A program made the translations under genes and the position numbers. From NCBI GenBank assembly GCA_003250395.1, contig QKGM01000004.1, positions 38,646 through 102,645 on the forward strand: a DNA stretch of 64,000 bases, read 5' to 3'. This stretch comes from Bacteroidota bacterium. Lineage in GTDB: Bacteria; Bacteroidota; Bacteroidia; Bacteroidales; TTA-H9. Below the pieces are notes generated by a model that had not been told where the DNA came from, made no database searches, and saw nothing but the letters and a program-made list of their open reading frames with translations. Positions 19,350 through 29,500 of the stretch are shown in pieces; within the stretch, counting starts at the first letter, position 1, and each line of letters begins with the position of its first letter.

Positions 19350-22300
19350 CTACTTGCTAACCATTATTCTGGAGACTACTGTTTTTCCATTTCCGGTAAT
19401 CTTCAATAGATAAATACCCGATGCCAGATTTGATAAAGTCATTGTATTTCTTCCCAATTTAAGACTACCGTTCTGGATTGTTTGACCCACAGAACTTATC
19501 AAATCATATCTGGCTTCATTAACTACCGTTTCTATTGTAATAAGCTCTTGAGCAGGAATGGGGTATACTTTGTAACCTGACAGAGTCAGGTCGTTTATCG
19601 ACACAAAGTTATCTACCTGAGGGGCAAATGCCTCGGTATATCCACTTTCACCGCATTCGTTTACAGCGCTCACAGATATGTAAGTCAAGCCACAATAGAA
19701 GCTCGATCCCCAAACTGCTGTTCCGGTGGTTGAATTACCCTCAATGCTTCCAGCTTCCGCAGGCTCTAGTTTCCAAGCATAAGTTACTGCTTCAGGGGAA
19801 CCTGTCGTCTCAAAATCGGTTGTGGGTGTCTCTGTAGCATTAATATAATCCGGGCCTATGGGAACTGAAGGCATCTGAGGAGCTGTCTTCACCGATACTG
19901 AGGATGATCCGTTCATTGGCACCTCACACGATGCCGAAGTTCCTATTACAGAATAGGTCCCGGAGGAGGTCTGACTGCCAAATGTAATTGCATTCCCGGT
20001 TCCTGTTACGATACTACCTGTTTGCGAACCGTTAAGTAATAATGAATAGTTGATACCGGTTTCCGATCCATCAAGACCAATCTCAACACCAGAAGCCCCT
20101 TCACAGTAAGATCCTCCACCAGTTATAGTATACAGCAACGGACCAGCCGAGACATCTATATCGAGCAGTGTTGATTCTGGACTTTCTCCACAGGTATTGA
20201 CTGCTTTTACACCCAGAGAAGCTACTCCAGTGTATCCAGCACCCCAGTTTACTGTACATAGAGTTCCATTGGGAACAAGTGTCCCAGATGAAACCGGATC
20301 AAGCGTCCAAATATATTCTGTAGCACCATTTACTACTGAAGTGTTGTATTGTGTAGAGGTATTGTGACAAACCACTGCAAGTCCTGATGGTTGTATTGGT
20401 GCAGAAGGTATAGTGCTTACCGAAATGTTCAACGGTTGTGAAAAGGGTCCATCGCCACAACTACCCGTAGCTTTCACCGATAGTTGCGCAAGGCCAGTCC
20501 ATGCATTATCCCAGTCAATGGTTACTGTTGTGCCACTGGGTGTCATAATACCTGCATTGGAGGGTGACAATTGCCATGTATACCCCGTTGCTCCCGTAAT
20601 GGAATTTGTGGTATAAGTGGTATTGACTGGATTCAGACAAAGGTCAGTATTTCCTGTGGGGATAGAGGGTGCAGCCGGGGTACCGTCTGGTTGGATGTAT
20701 GATGTCTTTGTCAGTGTACCTTGTCCATATTGGTTAGTGGAGATCAGAGTTACATCATAACTGCCAGCTACAGGATAGGTCACCGAAGGGTTCTGCAGGC
20801 TGGATGTGGCGGGAGTTCCGCCAGGGAAACTCCAGGACCAACTGGTTGGTGTATTACTTGAAAGGTCAGTAAAAGTGACATTTCCTGGGGCACAAAAAGA
20901 GGTTTGGCTTGCCGAGAAATTCACTACTGGTGAGGGTCCTCCTCCAATACACTGTATTTGGGCTTTCCATCCAGCATAAACCTGTGTGTTATCTGAAGTA
21001 AATCTAAATGTTAAGGCACCAGAAGAGTGAGTGGACTGAATAGTACCAGGTGAAGTGTTACCATTGAAGGGGCTACCAGATATCTGTGGAGATGAGGTAT
21101 TGGGGCCGTTGTATATATACAAGTAGTCATAGCCCCCTTCCGTTGAAAAAGAAAGGAATGTGGCTTTAACTTTCGCATTAGCTGTGCCTGGATTAAAGGT
21201 CATTGTATAATTCTCGTTATTCTGATAACTTCCTGTTTCGCCTCCCGAATCAAGAAAATAACCTGTACATGTAGATACTGTGGTATTTCCGATAATGAAA
21301 GTGGGGATGAGACCAATGACAACCTGTTTAACATCAGAAACAGAATACTGTGAAGAGACCCCTGCAGTGACATTAAAAGTCAGGTCAACAGGAGTTCCTA
21401 GAGGTGTAGATGAGCTAGCTGTTACGCTAAAGGTGGCAGTGCCGGAAAGCCCTATACCCAATGTACCAATTGAACTTGAGGTATTGTTGATTGTAAGATA
21501 AGGACTTGTACCGCCATTAATGGAGAGGGTAGCAGCCACATTGCCTACCAGGGCATGTCCTGAATTAGTTGTTGAAACCACAATATTAGCTGTTTCTCCT
21601 GGGTCAAGAATCCCATCATTATTGCATCCAGATCCGGAATCATCAATTGACAGTGCTCCTATGGTAAGGGCAGGAGCATTGGCGGTAACAGAAAAGGAGG
21701 AATTCCATGTACTGGCTCCACTGACTGACGACATTGCAAAATTAACAACATGTTGGTCAGGAATATTATTTGCAACAGTAAGAGCAAAGGCATTGTTTTG
21801 AACAACAGTAGCTCCTGCTCCGATGTCACCATATGACTGGTTATTATCTGTAATAGTCACATAGGTATCACTGGAAGTTATTGTTGCTACTACATTGCCA
21901 GCTGATGAAACACCAACATTCTTTAACCCAACATTCAATGAATTGGCTTCCCCGAAATCCATCTGTCCGTTATTGTTACCTGTCGGATCGCTGATAGTAT
22001 GAGAATCGTACACTATATACGGTCCAGCTGCAGGAACCACGTTAACATACCCTGTATAACGGCGAAAATTCTGTTTGGTAACTGTCACAATAACCTGATC
22101 AGGAGGAACCTGAGCCGGGATAGTAATGTTAACAGGAGACCCTGTTCCATTTCCAGTACCAATTATCGTGTTGTTAACTGTCAGCGCAATGAATGAACCT
22201 ATGGGCGCTGTTACCTGAAAAGTAGTCACTCCAGCATAAAGCACAGGGGCATGTGTTACAGTAAGGTTCTGTGGAACTTCACTAAAAAGCTGCATGAAGG

Positions 22301-24194
22301 CATCCCCATGCATATGAAATAGATTATAAGTAACTTCTTTATTATTAGTATTGTATGGCCATGATGACTGTTGCAGGAAATATTTCCCGGCTGCATTACC
22401 AAATGCAGGAAGAACACCACGTGAAGCTGGTGTTGTTCCATAAGCCGGCATAAAATCTGGCCACATATTGTCGAAGACTCCCCAAACATAAGTATCATTC
22501 ACGAAGGAGTATGATACCTCACTGGCACCCAATAGTCCAAGAGCTCCAGAATTTACGTTATTGTATGTATAACGGTGAAACTTTTCAGTAAAACATTCAT
22601 TGCTCCAGTTATACTTACCTGTCAGACAATTAATCGAAAAGATAAAAGAGAGATCTGTATTGGTCAGACCATTAATATTTGTATTGGTGTAATCAGGCTC
22701 ACCCCAACCTGTCTCTCCTCCATGATCACGATGCTGAAGGATAAATGCTCCGGCATTGAGAGCATTGTTTATCATAGTAGCGTTGCCACCACTCCATCCA
22801 CCTAACGTTGAAGGAGTGGCAGGTATATAGTTTAATCCACCAGGTCCAAAATAGTTCACCACAGTACTAGTATTGGTAGCTGTACTCCAGACTGAACCAG
22901 GTGTTCCCGAATATATTTCATTGATTCTTACCGGGGTCTTCCCCTGAACATGGAGAAAATAGCCCCCAACTGTTTCCGAACATATCTGAAACCAGCGTTC
23001 TGTTTGCCAACCGAGTGCAGTTATAGGGTGACTGTAAAAATAAGCACTTGTTGGCGGATTTCGCTCATAGTTAAGACCCTTACTTGCCATCGTGGCCAAC
23101 TGAGCTTCATTATTTGCGGTAATTCTGGCCATCACAATGTCTGGCATCTGGTCATTGTCAACATCAGCATATATATTGTCAGATACACAGTAGTTATTCC
23201 AGATTGGTGACATGATGTTTATAGTACCATCAGTTCCATAATCCCCAATAAGGAGGCAGGCAGCAGGAGGCGTAGTCCAGGTATTGTACGCATTGTTAAG
23301 GTATGATTCTATAGCGGTCACTGTGTTGCCTCCTACTTCATCGACGGTCTTAACCATTGTCGTTATACCTTGCCTAACACGCCAATTCTTAATCGAGTCA
23401 GCCCATGGCGCATAAGTTGAAGAAGAGCCACGAATAATAAGATATTCAGCACCCTGTTCTTCAGTTGGATTATTCAGGCTTTCCTGTATTCGTGCATTGT
23501 AATCAATTTCAGGTAATACCTCAGGATTAAGAACCATATCGCTGATAATAGGATCCCACCACCGGCTTCTAAGACGATCATCACCATAACGACCATTACC
23601 TCCCTGAAAAGTGATATCAATAGTGAGATCCCGAACCAACTCAAGCCGACGGGCTACAGCATTGTAGCGGAAGGGTGTCACCGCAACCATTACCATCTGA
23701 ACACCACGCACTGTTGTTACTTCTGATGTAATTACATTGCTTTCAGGATAATATGCATTTTTGCTATAAACGGAAACATTCTTTTCATAAAACAAAGGGG
23801 AGGGATCATTGTCAAGTGGTAATCTAGGAGCTGGTGCAATATCAACGTCATAAATATATTCGATAGCACCCGATGTAACTTTAACGACAGGATGAGATCC
23901 ATTTGGAATAGCTATATAACGGCTAACCGAAGGTACGTTTGGCATTCCTTCATCAGCAGGTACAAAGGCGTTGGAAAAAACAATATTTTTCATGGCTTCA
24001 CCTTTTATTTCTATGTTTTCCAGTGAGAACCTGTCAACAGAAAAGGTCAGCTTCATATTCTGGTTATCCGATGTCGCAATATGCAATCCCGGTGGATTAG
24101 GCGAATCGTTGTATACATAATCCTGTGCCCACAAAACTGGTGTTGCCATCAGACCTATTGCCAGTAATAAACTTCTGCGAAATAAATAATTCAT
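19350..24194 (-). CDS. Gingipain-like peptidase C25 family T9SS cargo (C25 catalytic domain, CUB-like domain, PKD domain, PKD-like modules, CTD)
   Basis: Candidate catalytic dyad HRDHGGETGW (His, hand-counted aa 491) and FSINCLTGKY (Cys, aa 523), with spacing like RgpB. A CUB-like block sits at aa about 975-1082 (CTGYFLDSGG..YDYLYIYNG..FRFTSD..GWKAQIQC) and a PKD block at aa about 1088-1168. The CTD is KVYPIPAQELITIE...GIYLLKI. Confidence 0.85.
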   Translation of the reverse strand: MNYLFRRSLLLAIGLMATPVLWAQDYVYNDSPNPPGLHIATSDNQNMKLTFSVDRFSLENIEIKGEAMKNIVFSNAFVPADEGMPNVPSVSRYIAIPNGSHPVVKVTSGAIEYIYDVDIAPAPRLPLDNDPSPLFYEKNVSVYSKNAYYPESNVITSEVTTVRGVQMVMVAVTPFRYNAVARRLELVRDLTIDITFQGGNGRYGDDRLRSRWWDPIISDMVLNPEVLPEIDYNARIQESLNNPTEEQGAEYLIIRGSSSTYAPWADSIKNWRVRQGITTMVKTVDEVGGNTVTAIESYLNNAYNTWTTPPAACLLIGDYGTDGTINIMSPIWNNYCVSDNIYADVDNDQMPDIVMARITANNEAQLATMASKGLNYERNPPTSAYFYSHPITALGWQTERWFQICSETVGGYFLHVQGKTPVRINEIYSGTPGSVWSTATNTSTVVNYFGPGGLNYIPATPSTLGGWSGGNATMINNALNAGAFILQHRDHGGETGWGEPDYTNTNINGLTNTDLSFIFSINCLTGKYNWSNECFTEKFHRYTYNNVNSGALGLLGASEVSYSFVNDTYVWGVFDNMWPDFMPAYGTTPASRGVLPAFGNAAGKYFLQQSSWPYNTNNKEVTYNLFHMHGDAFMQLFSEVPQNLTVTHAPVLYAGVTTFQVTAPIGSFIALTVNNTIIGTGNGTGSPVNITIPAQVPPDQVIVTVTKQNFRRYTGYVNVVPAAGPYIVYDSHTISDPTGNNNGQMDFGEANSLNVGLKNVGVSSAGNVVATITSSDTYVTITDNNQSYGDIGAGATVVQNNAFALTVANNIPDQHVVNFAMSSVSGASTWNSSFSVTANAPALTIGALSIDDSGSGCNNDGILDPGETANIVVSTTNSGHALVGNVAATLSINGGTSPYLTINNTSSSIGTLGIGLSGTATFSVTASSSTPLGTPVDLTFNVTAGVSSQYSVSDVKQVVIGLIPTFIIGNTTVSTCTGYFLDSGGETGSYQNNENYTMTFNPGTANAKVKATFLSFSTEGGYDYLYIYNGPNTSSPQISGSPFNGNTSPGTIQSTHSSGALTFRFTSDNTQVYAGWKAQIQCIGGGPSPVVNFSASQTSFCAPGNVTFTDLSSNTPTSWSWSFPGGTPATSSLQNPSVTYPVAGSYDVTLISTNQYGQGTLTKTSYIQPDGTPAAPSIPTGNTDLCLNPVNTTYTTNSITGATGYTWQLSPSNAGIMTPSGTTVTIDWDNAWTGLAQLSVKATGSCGDGPFSQPLNISVSTIPSAPIQPSGLAVVCHNTSTQYNTSVVNGATEYIWTLDPVSSGTLVPNGTLCTVNWGAGYTGVASLGVKAVNTCGESPESTLLDIDVSAGPLLYTITGGGSYCEGASGVEIGLDGSETGINYSLLLNGSQTGSIVTGTGNAITFGSQTSSGTYSVIGTSASCEVPMNGSSSVSVKTAPQMPSVPIGPDYINATETPTTDFETTGSPEAVTYAWKLEPAEAGSIEGNSTTGTAVWGSSFYCGLTYISVSAVNECGESGYTEAFAPQVDNFVSINDLTLSGYKVYPIPAQELITIETVVNEARYDLISSVGQTIQNGSLKLGRNTMTLSNLASGIYLLKITGNGKTVVSRIMVSK

Positions 24195-24235
24195 AAATCT
24201 CTTTTAATTTAAATACCCGATGATGATTGTTGTTA

Positions 24236-24243
24236 CAAAAGTA
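24236..24243 (-). promoter_or_regulatory. Candidate -7 box (TActTTTG) for the C25 peptidase gene
   Basis: Exact TAnnTTTG on the minus strand, 41 nt upstream of ATG 24194. Confidence 0.4.
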
Positions 24244-24441
24244 TCCGATTATATCATTATTTCAATCATTTCAAAATCTTTAGAAATAATTTAGACTGTC
24301 TTTAAATAATTCAAAGAAAACAGTAACCAGTTGTGTGATGGGACAATAGCTTAGACTAATTGTTGCCTGAATATACCCAGATGGCATTGTTGAAAAACAT
24401 TACCTGCCTCAAAATGTTAATTTCGAATAATCTACTCAATT

Positions 24442-25743
24442 ATGTCTATAGTAATTATTTGGTTTCGTCGTGACCTTCGCCTGTACGATAATTCGGCCCT
24501 CTTTCAGGCCATGGCCGATGGCAGAAAGGTTTTACCAGTATTTATTTTCGATAATGAAATTCTTCAAAAACTCCGATCGGATACAGATCCCCGGGTAGAA
24601 TTTATTCTCATGGCTTTGAAAGCACTCGATGCCAAATTGAAAGAATCCGGATCTTCCATACTAATCAAGCATGGCTCACCTGAAAAGGTATGGAGGGAAC
24701 TTATTCAAAATTATGAAATTGGTGCAGTTTTTGCCAACCATGATTATGAGCCATACGCACGGAAACGAGATGAGAAAATAGGTGAAATACTTGCCTCCCA
24801 TGGTATCCCGTTTCACACCTTCAAAGATCAGGTAATCTTTGAAAAAAATGAAATAACAAAAGAAAACGGTGCGCCATATTCTGTCTATACTCCATACAGC
24901 CGAAAATGGAAAAGCATGTTGGCTCAAATGCCAGTCAGGTTGCTCCCTGAATATTCCAAGGGTAACTGGTATCAACAGAATTTAAACTTTCCGGCACTCA
25001 AAGAGATAGGCTTTCGTCCCGGGGGAATTAAGTTCCCTGCATCAATTATTCAGGAGGAAATTCTCTCCCACTATGCCGAATTTAGAGACTTTCCAGCTCA
25101 TAAAGGGACATCGGAATTGGGAATACATCTCCGGTTTGGCACTATCAGCATCCGGCATTTACTTTTAAAAGCATTACAAATCAGTCCGACATTTGTTAAT
25201 GAACTTATTTGGCGAGATTTTTATCAAATGATCCTATGGCATTTCCCAAAGGTAGCAATGTCAGCTTTCAAGCCAGCCTATGATCATATTCCATGGATCA
25301 ACGATGAAACCCATTTTGAGCAATGGAAAGCTGGTGAAACTGGTTATCCACTTGTAGACGCAGGCATGCGGCAACTTGCAAAGAGCGGTTGGATGCACAA
25401 TCGGGTCAGGATGGTTGTTGCCAGCTTCCTGACCAAACATTTGCTGATAGATTGGCGATGGGGAGAAACTTGGTTTGCCGACAAATTATTGGATTATGAA
25501 TTGGCCAGTAACAATGGTGGTTGGCAATGGGCTACGGGATGTGGTTGCGATGCAGTTCCCTACTTCAGAGTATTCAATCCACAATTACAACAGCAAAAGT
25601 TTGATCCCAGGCTTGATTATATCCACAAATGGATCCCTGAATATGATAGTCCGTCCTACCCAAAACCAATCGTAAACCATGAAATGGCACGTGCAAGAGT
25701 AATATCTGTCTTCCGCAAATTCCTTAATCAGCCTTCACAATAA
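24442..25743 (+). CDS. Photolyase/cryptochrome family protein (short form; CPD photolyase or DASH-type cryptochrome)
   Basis: IIWFRRDLRLYDNSAL at the N-terminus, and WREFY-like, GWMHNRVRM and NNGGWQW FAD-binding motifs. Confidence 0.85.
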   Translation: MSIVIIWFRRDLRLYDNSALFQAMADGRKVLPVFIFDNEILQKLRSDTDPRVEFILMALKALDAKLKESGSSILIKHGSPEKVWRELIQNYEIGAVFANHDYEPYARKRDEKIGEILASHGIPFHTFKDQVIFEKNEITKENGAPYSVYTPYSRKWKSMLAQMPVRLLPEYSKGNWYQQNLNFPALKEIGFRPGGIKFPASIIQEEILSHYAEFRDFPAHKGTSELGIHLRFGTISIRHLLLKALQISPTFVNELIWRDFYQMILWHFPKVAMSAFKPAYDHIPWINDETHFEQWKAGETGYPLVDAGMRQLAKSGWMHNRVRMVVASFLTKHLLIDWRWGETWFADKLLDYELASNNGGWQWATGCGCDAVPYFRVFNPQLQQQKFDPRLDYIHKWIPEYDSPSYPKPIVNHEMARARVISVFRKFLNQPSQ

Positions 25744-26251
25744 AAACATTAAACAATCTGAATCTGTTGCCTGTTATATTGCTTCTATCAAATAAATAAT
25801 AACTGTTATGGCATTTACATATTCTTGGTAAATAGTAACAGTTACTTTAAGTTCCACCATTCGTGAACATAAAGAAATGAACCTCAATGCAATGAATGGA
25901 TATAAAATCTTGGTAACATTCTATTAACTACAAGAGAGATCATTGGAAATGTCATGCATGAAACTCTTTTCATTTGCAGTAGAATCGCATTTACCTTACC
26001 AAATGTGAATATCATTTGTTTTATCAACAAGGTAGTTACGATGTATATCTTTCCCAATCAGCGAGAAAACACTATCCAATTGAATAATTATCAGCAATTC
26101 ATATAAATAGATTCTCCAAAAATGAAAGACCTGAACAAGTTGGCAGTAATACCATCATATCTGGCTATATTTGTGATCGATAATAACGGAACTGCCATTT
26201 ATATACTTCATTTTATTCCCTGAATCGTTATTCTCATTGAAACTGTACATT

Positions 26252-28690
26252 ATGCCTTCAGTAAAATATAATCTGAATCAACTGGCCAAAACATTTAGCA
26301 AAGTAAGTCTTACATTTGCATACATAGCAATATTTATTTCCGGCAGTTCTGCTTTTGCACAAAAAGGAGTTATTAAAGGGCGTGTCTTCGATGTTTACAC
26401 CAACGAACCACTCCCATTTACAAATATTATAATTTATGGAACGGCAATCGGTACAGTTTCCGATCCAGAAGGAAACTTTGTATTCGAGAGTGTTGAACCG
26501 GGATTTATCAGGTTGCAGGCGTCCATGATAGGGTATGCCGTATTCGTAGGGGAGGATTTTCAAGTCACAACGGCAAAAACTGTGACTGTTGATATCCCGC
26601 TGAAACCTCTTTCTGTAAACCTTGAGAAGGTAGAAATTAAAGCCTCTCCTTTTGAAAAAAGGGCAGAAAGCCCTCTTTCAATGCGAAAGCTCGATATCTC
26701 TGAAATTGAGAAAAATCCGGGAGGAAACCGTGACATTTCCAAAGTCATTCAGGCACTACCGGGTGTTGCCTCTTCGGTTGCTTTTCGCAACGATCTTATT
26801 GTCCGGGGAGGAGGCCCATCTGAAAATCGATTTTTCCTCGATGATATAGAAATACCTAATCTTAATCATTTCGCCACTCAGGGGGCCTCTGGTGGCCCTG
26901 TCGGGATTGTGAATGTCGACTTTATCCGGGAGGTAGATTTCTATTCAGGTGCATTCCCCGCTAACAGAGGCAATGCACTAAGCTCAATGGTCGAGATGAG
27001 GCAAATGGACGGCAATCCGGATAAAATCGGGTTCAGGGCAACAATTGGTGCATCCGATTTAGCACTTGCTATGGAAGGACCGTTAACCCAGAAAGGTTCT
27101 TTCGTGTTTTCTCTAAGGCGTTCTTACCTGCAACTGTTGTTCGGTGCCATTGGCTTGCCATTTTTACCTACTTATAACGATTATCAGTTAAAGTACAAAA
27201 TCAGGTTTAATCGACACAATGAATTAAGTATCATAAGTATTGGAGCTCTTGACCAATCGGTTCTGAATCTGAATATTAAAAATCCGGATGAAGAACAGCG
27301 TTATCTCCTGGGTTACCTACCCGAAACCTCGCAGTGGAATTATGCAGTTGGAGCGGTATACAAACATTTCAGATCGAATGGATATGATACCTGGGTAATC
27401 AGCCGAAATATGCTTAGAAATTCATCTGATAAGTACCGCGACAATGACGAATCTGTCGATTCGAAAAAGACTCTTGATTATTCATCTGATGAGATAGAAA
27501 ACAAATTCAGATTTGAACGCACTATCCTTCACGGCCCATACAGGTTTAACTTTGGTTTGGGTAGTGAATATGCCCGATATTATAACAAGACTTTTCAAAA
27601 AATAGTCACGGACTCAGACCAGGTACTCGACTTCAACTATGAAACTACACTTGAAATTTTCAAAGGAAGTCTGTTCGGTCAGGCGACAAGAATGCTTCTC
27701 GAAGACCGGCTGACTCTCAGCCTTGGAGCCCGGATAGATGCATCCGATTACAGCAGGGAGATGAACAACCCGCTCAAACAGATTTCTCCCCGGCTTTCTA
27801 CATCATACTCATTAACAGAGAAATGGTCTGCAAACTTCAATATAGGGCGTTTCTATCAACTCCCTTCTTACACTACTCTTGGTTACCGTAATCAGGAAGG
27901 GCAATTAGTTAACCGTGACAATGGTATTACCTACATCCAGGCCAATCATATAGTGGCTGGAATTGAATATCGGCCTAATGAAAAAAGTCAGATTACGGTC
28001 GAAGGTTTTTATAAAATGTATAATAAATACCCTTTCTCTATCTCTGATTCTGTTTCCCTTGCAAGTAAATCGATTGACTTTGGCGTATATGGTGATGAAG
28101 AGGTAATCCCCGGCTCTGAAGGCAGGGCGTATGGGGTGGAGTTCCTTGCCCGATCACGCGACCTTAAAGGATTTAACATCATCTTCTGTTATACGTTGGT
28201 TCGAAGTGAATTCACTGATAAAAACAAGGTTTATATCCCTTCTGCATGGGATAATAAACACATCATCAACCTGACGGCTACCCGACAGTTCAACAGGAAT
28301 TGGAACCTCGGATTAAAATGGCGCTTCGTCGGAGGAGCCCCATATACCCCTTACGACCTGACGCTTTCTTCACAGCGTGAGGCATGGGATGCCAGGGGAA
28401 GAGGTTACCTCGATTATTCAAAATTTAATACACTTCGACTTAACAGCTTCCATCAACTCGATGTGAGGGTTGATAAGCAGTATTTCTTCAACAAATGGTC
28501 GTTACGTATATACTTGGACATTCAAAATCTCTACAACTTTAAATCCGAGCAGCCCGATTATCTTACCAACCTGTCGGTTGACGGTTTGCCAATGCCTGAC
28601 CCGAACAATCCTGATAAATACCTATTGCGTTCAATACCAAATACAGCCGGACAAACTTTGCCAACTATCGGTCTTATCGTAGAATTGTAA
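26252..28690 (+). CDS. TonB-dependent outer-membrane receptor with an N-terminal carboxypeptidase-regulatory-like domain
   Basis: GVIKGRVFD..TNEPLPFTNI...SDPEGNF (CarbopepD_reg-like), the plug motif DISKVIQALPGV, and a long beta-barrel-like body. The start is uncertain (TTG 26237 in the track, ATG 26252 preferred). Confidence 0.8.
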   Translation: MPSVKYNLNQLAKTFSKVSLTFAYIAIFISGSSAFAQKGVIKGRVFDVYTNEPLPFTNIIIYGTAIGTVSDPEGNFVFESVEPGFIRLQASMIGYAVFVGEDFQVTTAKTVTVDIPLKPLSVNLEKVEIKASPFEKRAESPLSMRKLDISEIEKNPGGNRDISKVIQALPGVASSVAFRNDLIVRGGGPSENRFFLDDIEIPNLNHFATQGASGGPVGIVNVDFIREVDFYSGAFPANRGNALSSMVEMRQMDGNPDKIGFRATIGASDLALAMEGPLTQKGSFVFSLRRSYLQLLFGAIGLPFLPTYNDYQLKYKIRFNRHNELSIISIGALDQSVLNLNIKNPDEEQRYLLGYLPETSQWNYAVGAVYKHFRSNGYDTWVISRNMLRNSSDKYRDNDESVDSKKTLDYSSDEIENKFRFERTILHGPYRFNFGLGSEYARYYNKTFQKIVTDSDQVLDFNYETTLEIFKGSLFGQATRMLLEDRLTLSLGARIDASDYSREMNNPLKQISPRLSTSYSLTEKWSANFNIGRFYQLPSYTTLGYRNQEGQLVNRDNGITYIQANHIVAGIEYRPNEKSQITVEGFYKMYNKYPFSISDSVSLASKSIDFGVYGDEEVIPGSEGRAYGVEFLARSRDLKGFNIIFCYTLVRSEFTDKNKVYIPSAWDNKHIINLTATRQFNRNWNLGLKWRFVGGAPYTPYDLTLSSQREAWDARGRGYLDYSKFNTLRLNSFHQLDVRVDKQYFFNKWSLRIYLDIQNLYNFKSEQPDYLTNLSVDGLPMPDPNNPDKYLLRSIPNTAGQTLPTIGLIVEL

Positions 28691-28708
28691 ACACCTTACC
28701 CCTAAAAC

Positions 28709-29455
28709 ATGAAAACGAACATCATTATCAATCTGTTACTTGTTACTTTTTTACTTGTATTTTCAACCCAACAACTCAAAGCCCAGAATGAAATACCACC
28801 TGTTGAAAAAATTGAAAGCAATCCAGGGGGACAAGGGTTGCTTATGACCTTAAAACTTGAAAAAGGTTCTGCTTACAATCATCCTTTAATCGTTGTATGG
28901 CTTGAGACAGAAGATGGAGAATACGTTGAAACGCTATTTGTTACTGAAACAATCGGTAAAGAAATGTATAAACAAGCCAACATATCATCTGAAAAGGGGA
29001 AGGAAGAGTCGGCCGATCTCCTCGCTGCTCTTCCTTATTGGATACATCAGTGCGAAAACAATAATTCCAACGGACTTCTGGTATCAAATCAGAACAATCT
29101 CAGTGCTGAAGATATAGTCCGGCCCACTCCTTGTGGCAGTTTCGATCTCTCGTTTCACCTTTCCAATTGCCCCGCTGGTAATTGCAGAATTCTGATAGAA
29201 CTCAATCAAATATATTATAAGGATAAATACCAGTATGGTCATCACTCAGGCGAACCCGAACCTCTCACCTCGGCACAACCATCAATTATTTATGAGGCTG
29301 TTGTCGACCCACATATTCTCCCCGATTCAATTTCAATGAAACCAATTGGATTGGGCGATAAAACAGGGAAAACCAGGATTCTGCAAACAAATCCTAAAAC
29401 AACGACACCTTCCAAGCAAATTGCTTCAAAAATAACGCTGGTCGTCGGACAATAA
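28709..29455 (+). CDS. Secreted protein, possibly DUF2271-like, coupled to the TonB-dependent receptor
   Basis: Signal peptide (..QQLKAQ). AYNHPLIVVWLETEDGEYVETLF is reminiscent of the DUF2271 core. It starts 19 nt after the receptor stop. Confidence 0.5.
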   Translation: MKTNIIINLLLVTFLLVFSTQQLKAQNEIPPVEKIESNPGGQGLLMTLKLEKGSAYNHPLIVVWLETEDGEYVETLFVTETIGKEMYKQANISSEKGKEESADLLAALPYWIHQCENNNSNGLLVSNQNNLSAEDIVRPTPCGSFDLSFHLSNCPAGNCRILIELNQIYYKDKYQYGHHSGEPEPLTSAQPSIIYEAVVDPHILPDSISMKPIGLGDKTGKTRILQTNPKTTTPSKQIASKITLVVGQ

Positions 29456-29500
29456 TAGCCATCCTATTCTCAACCAAAGGTAACCTTCATTTAGAGTATA

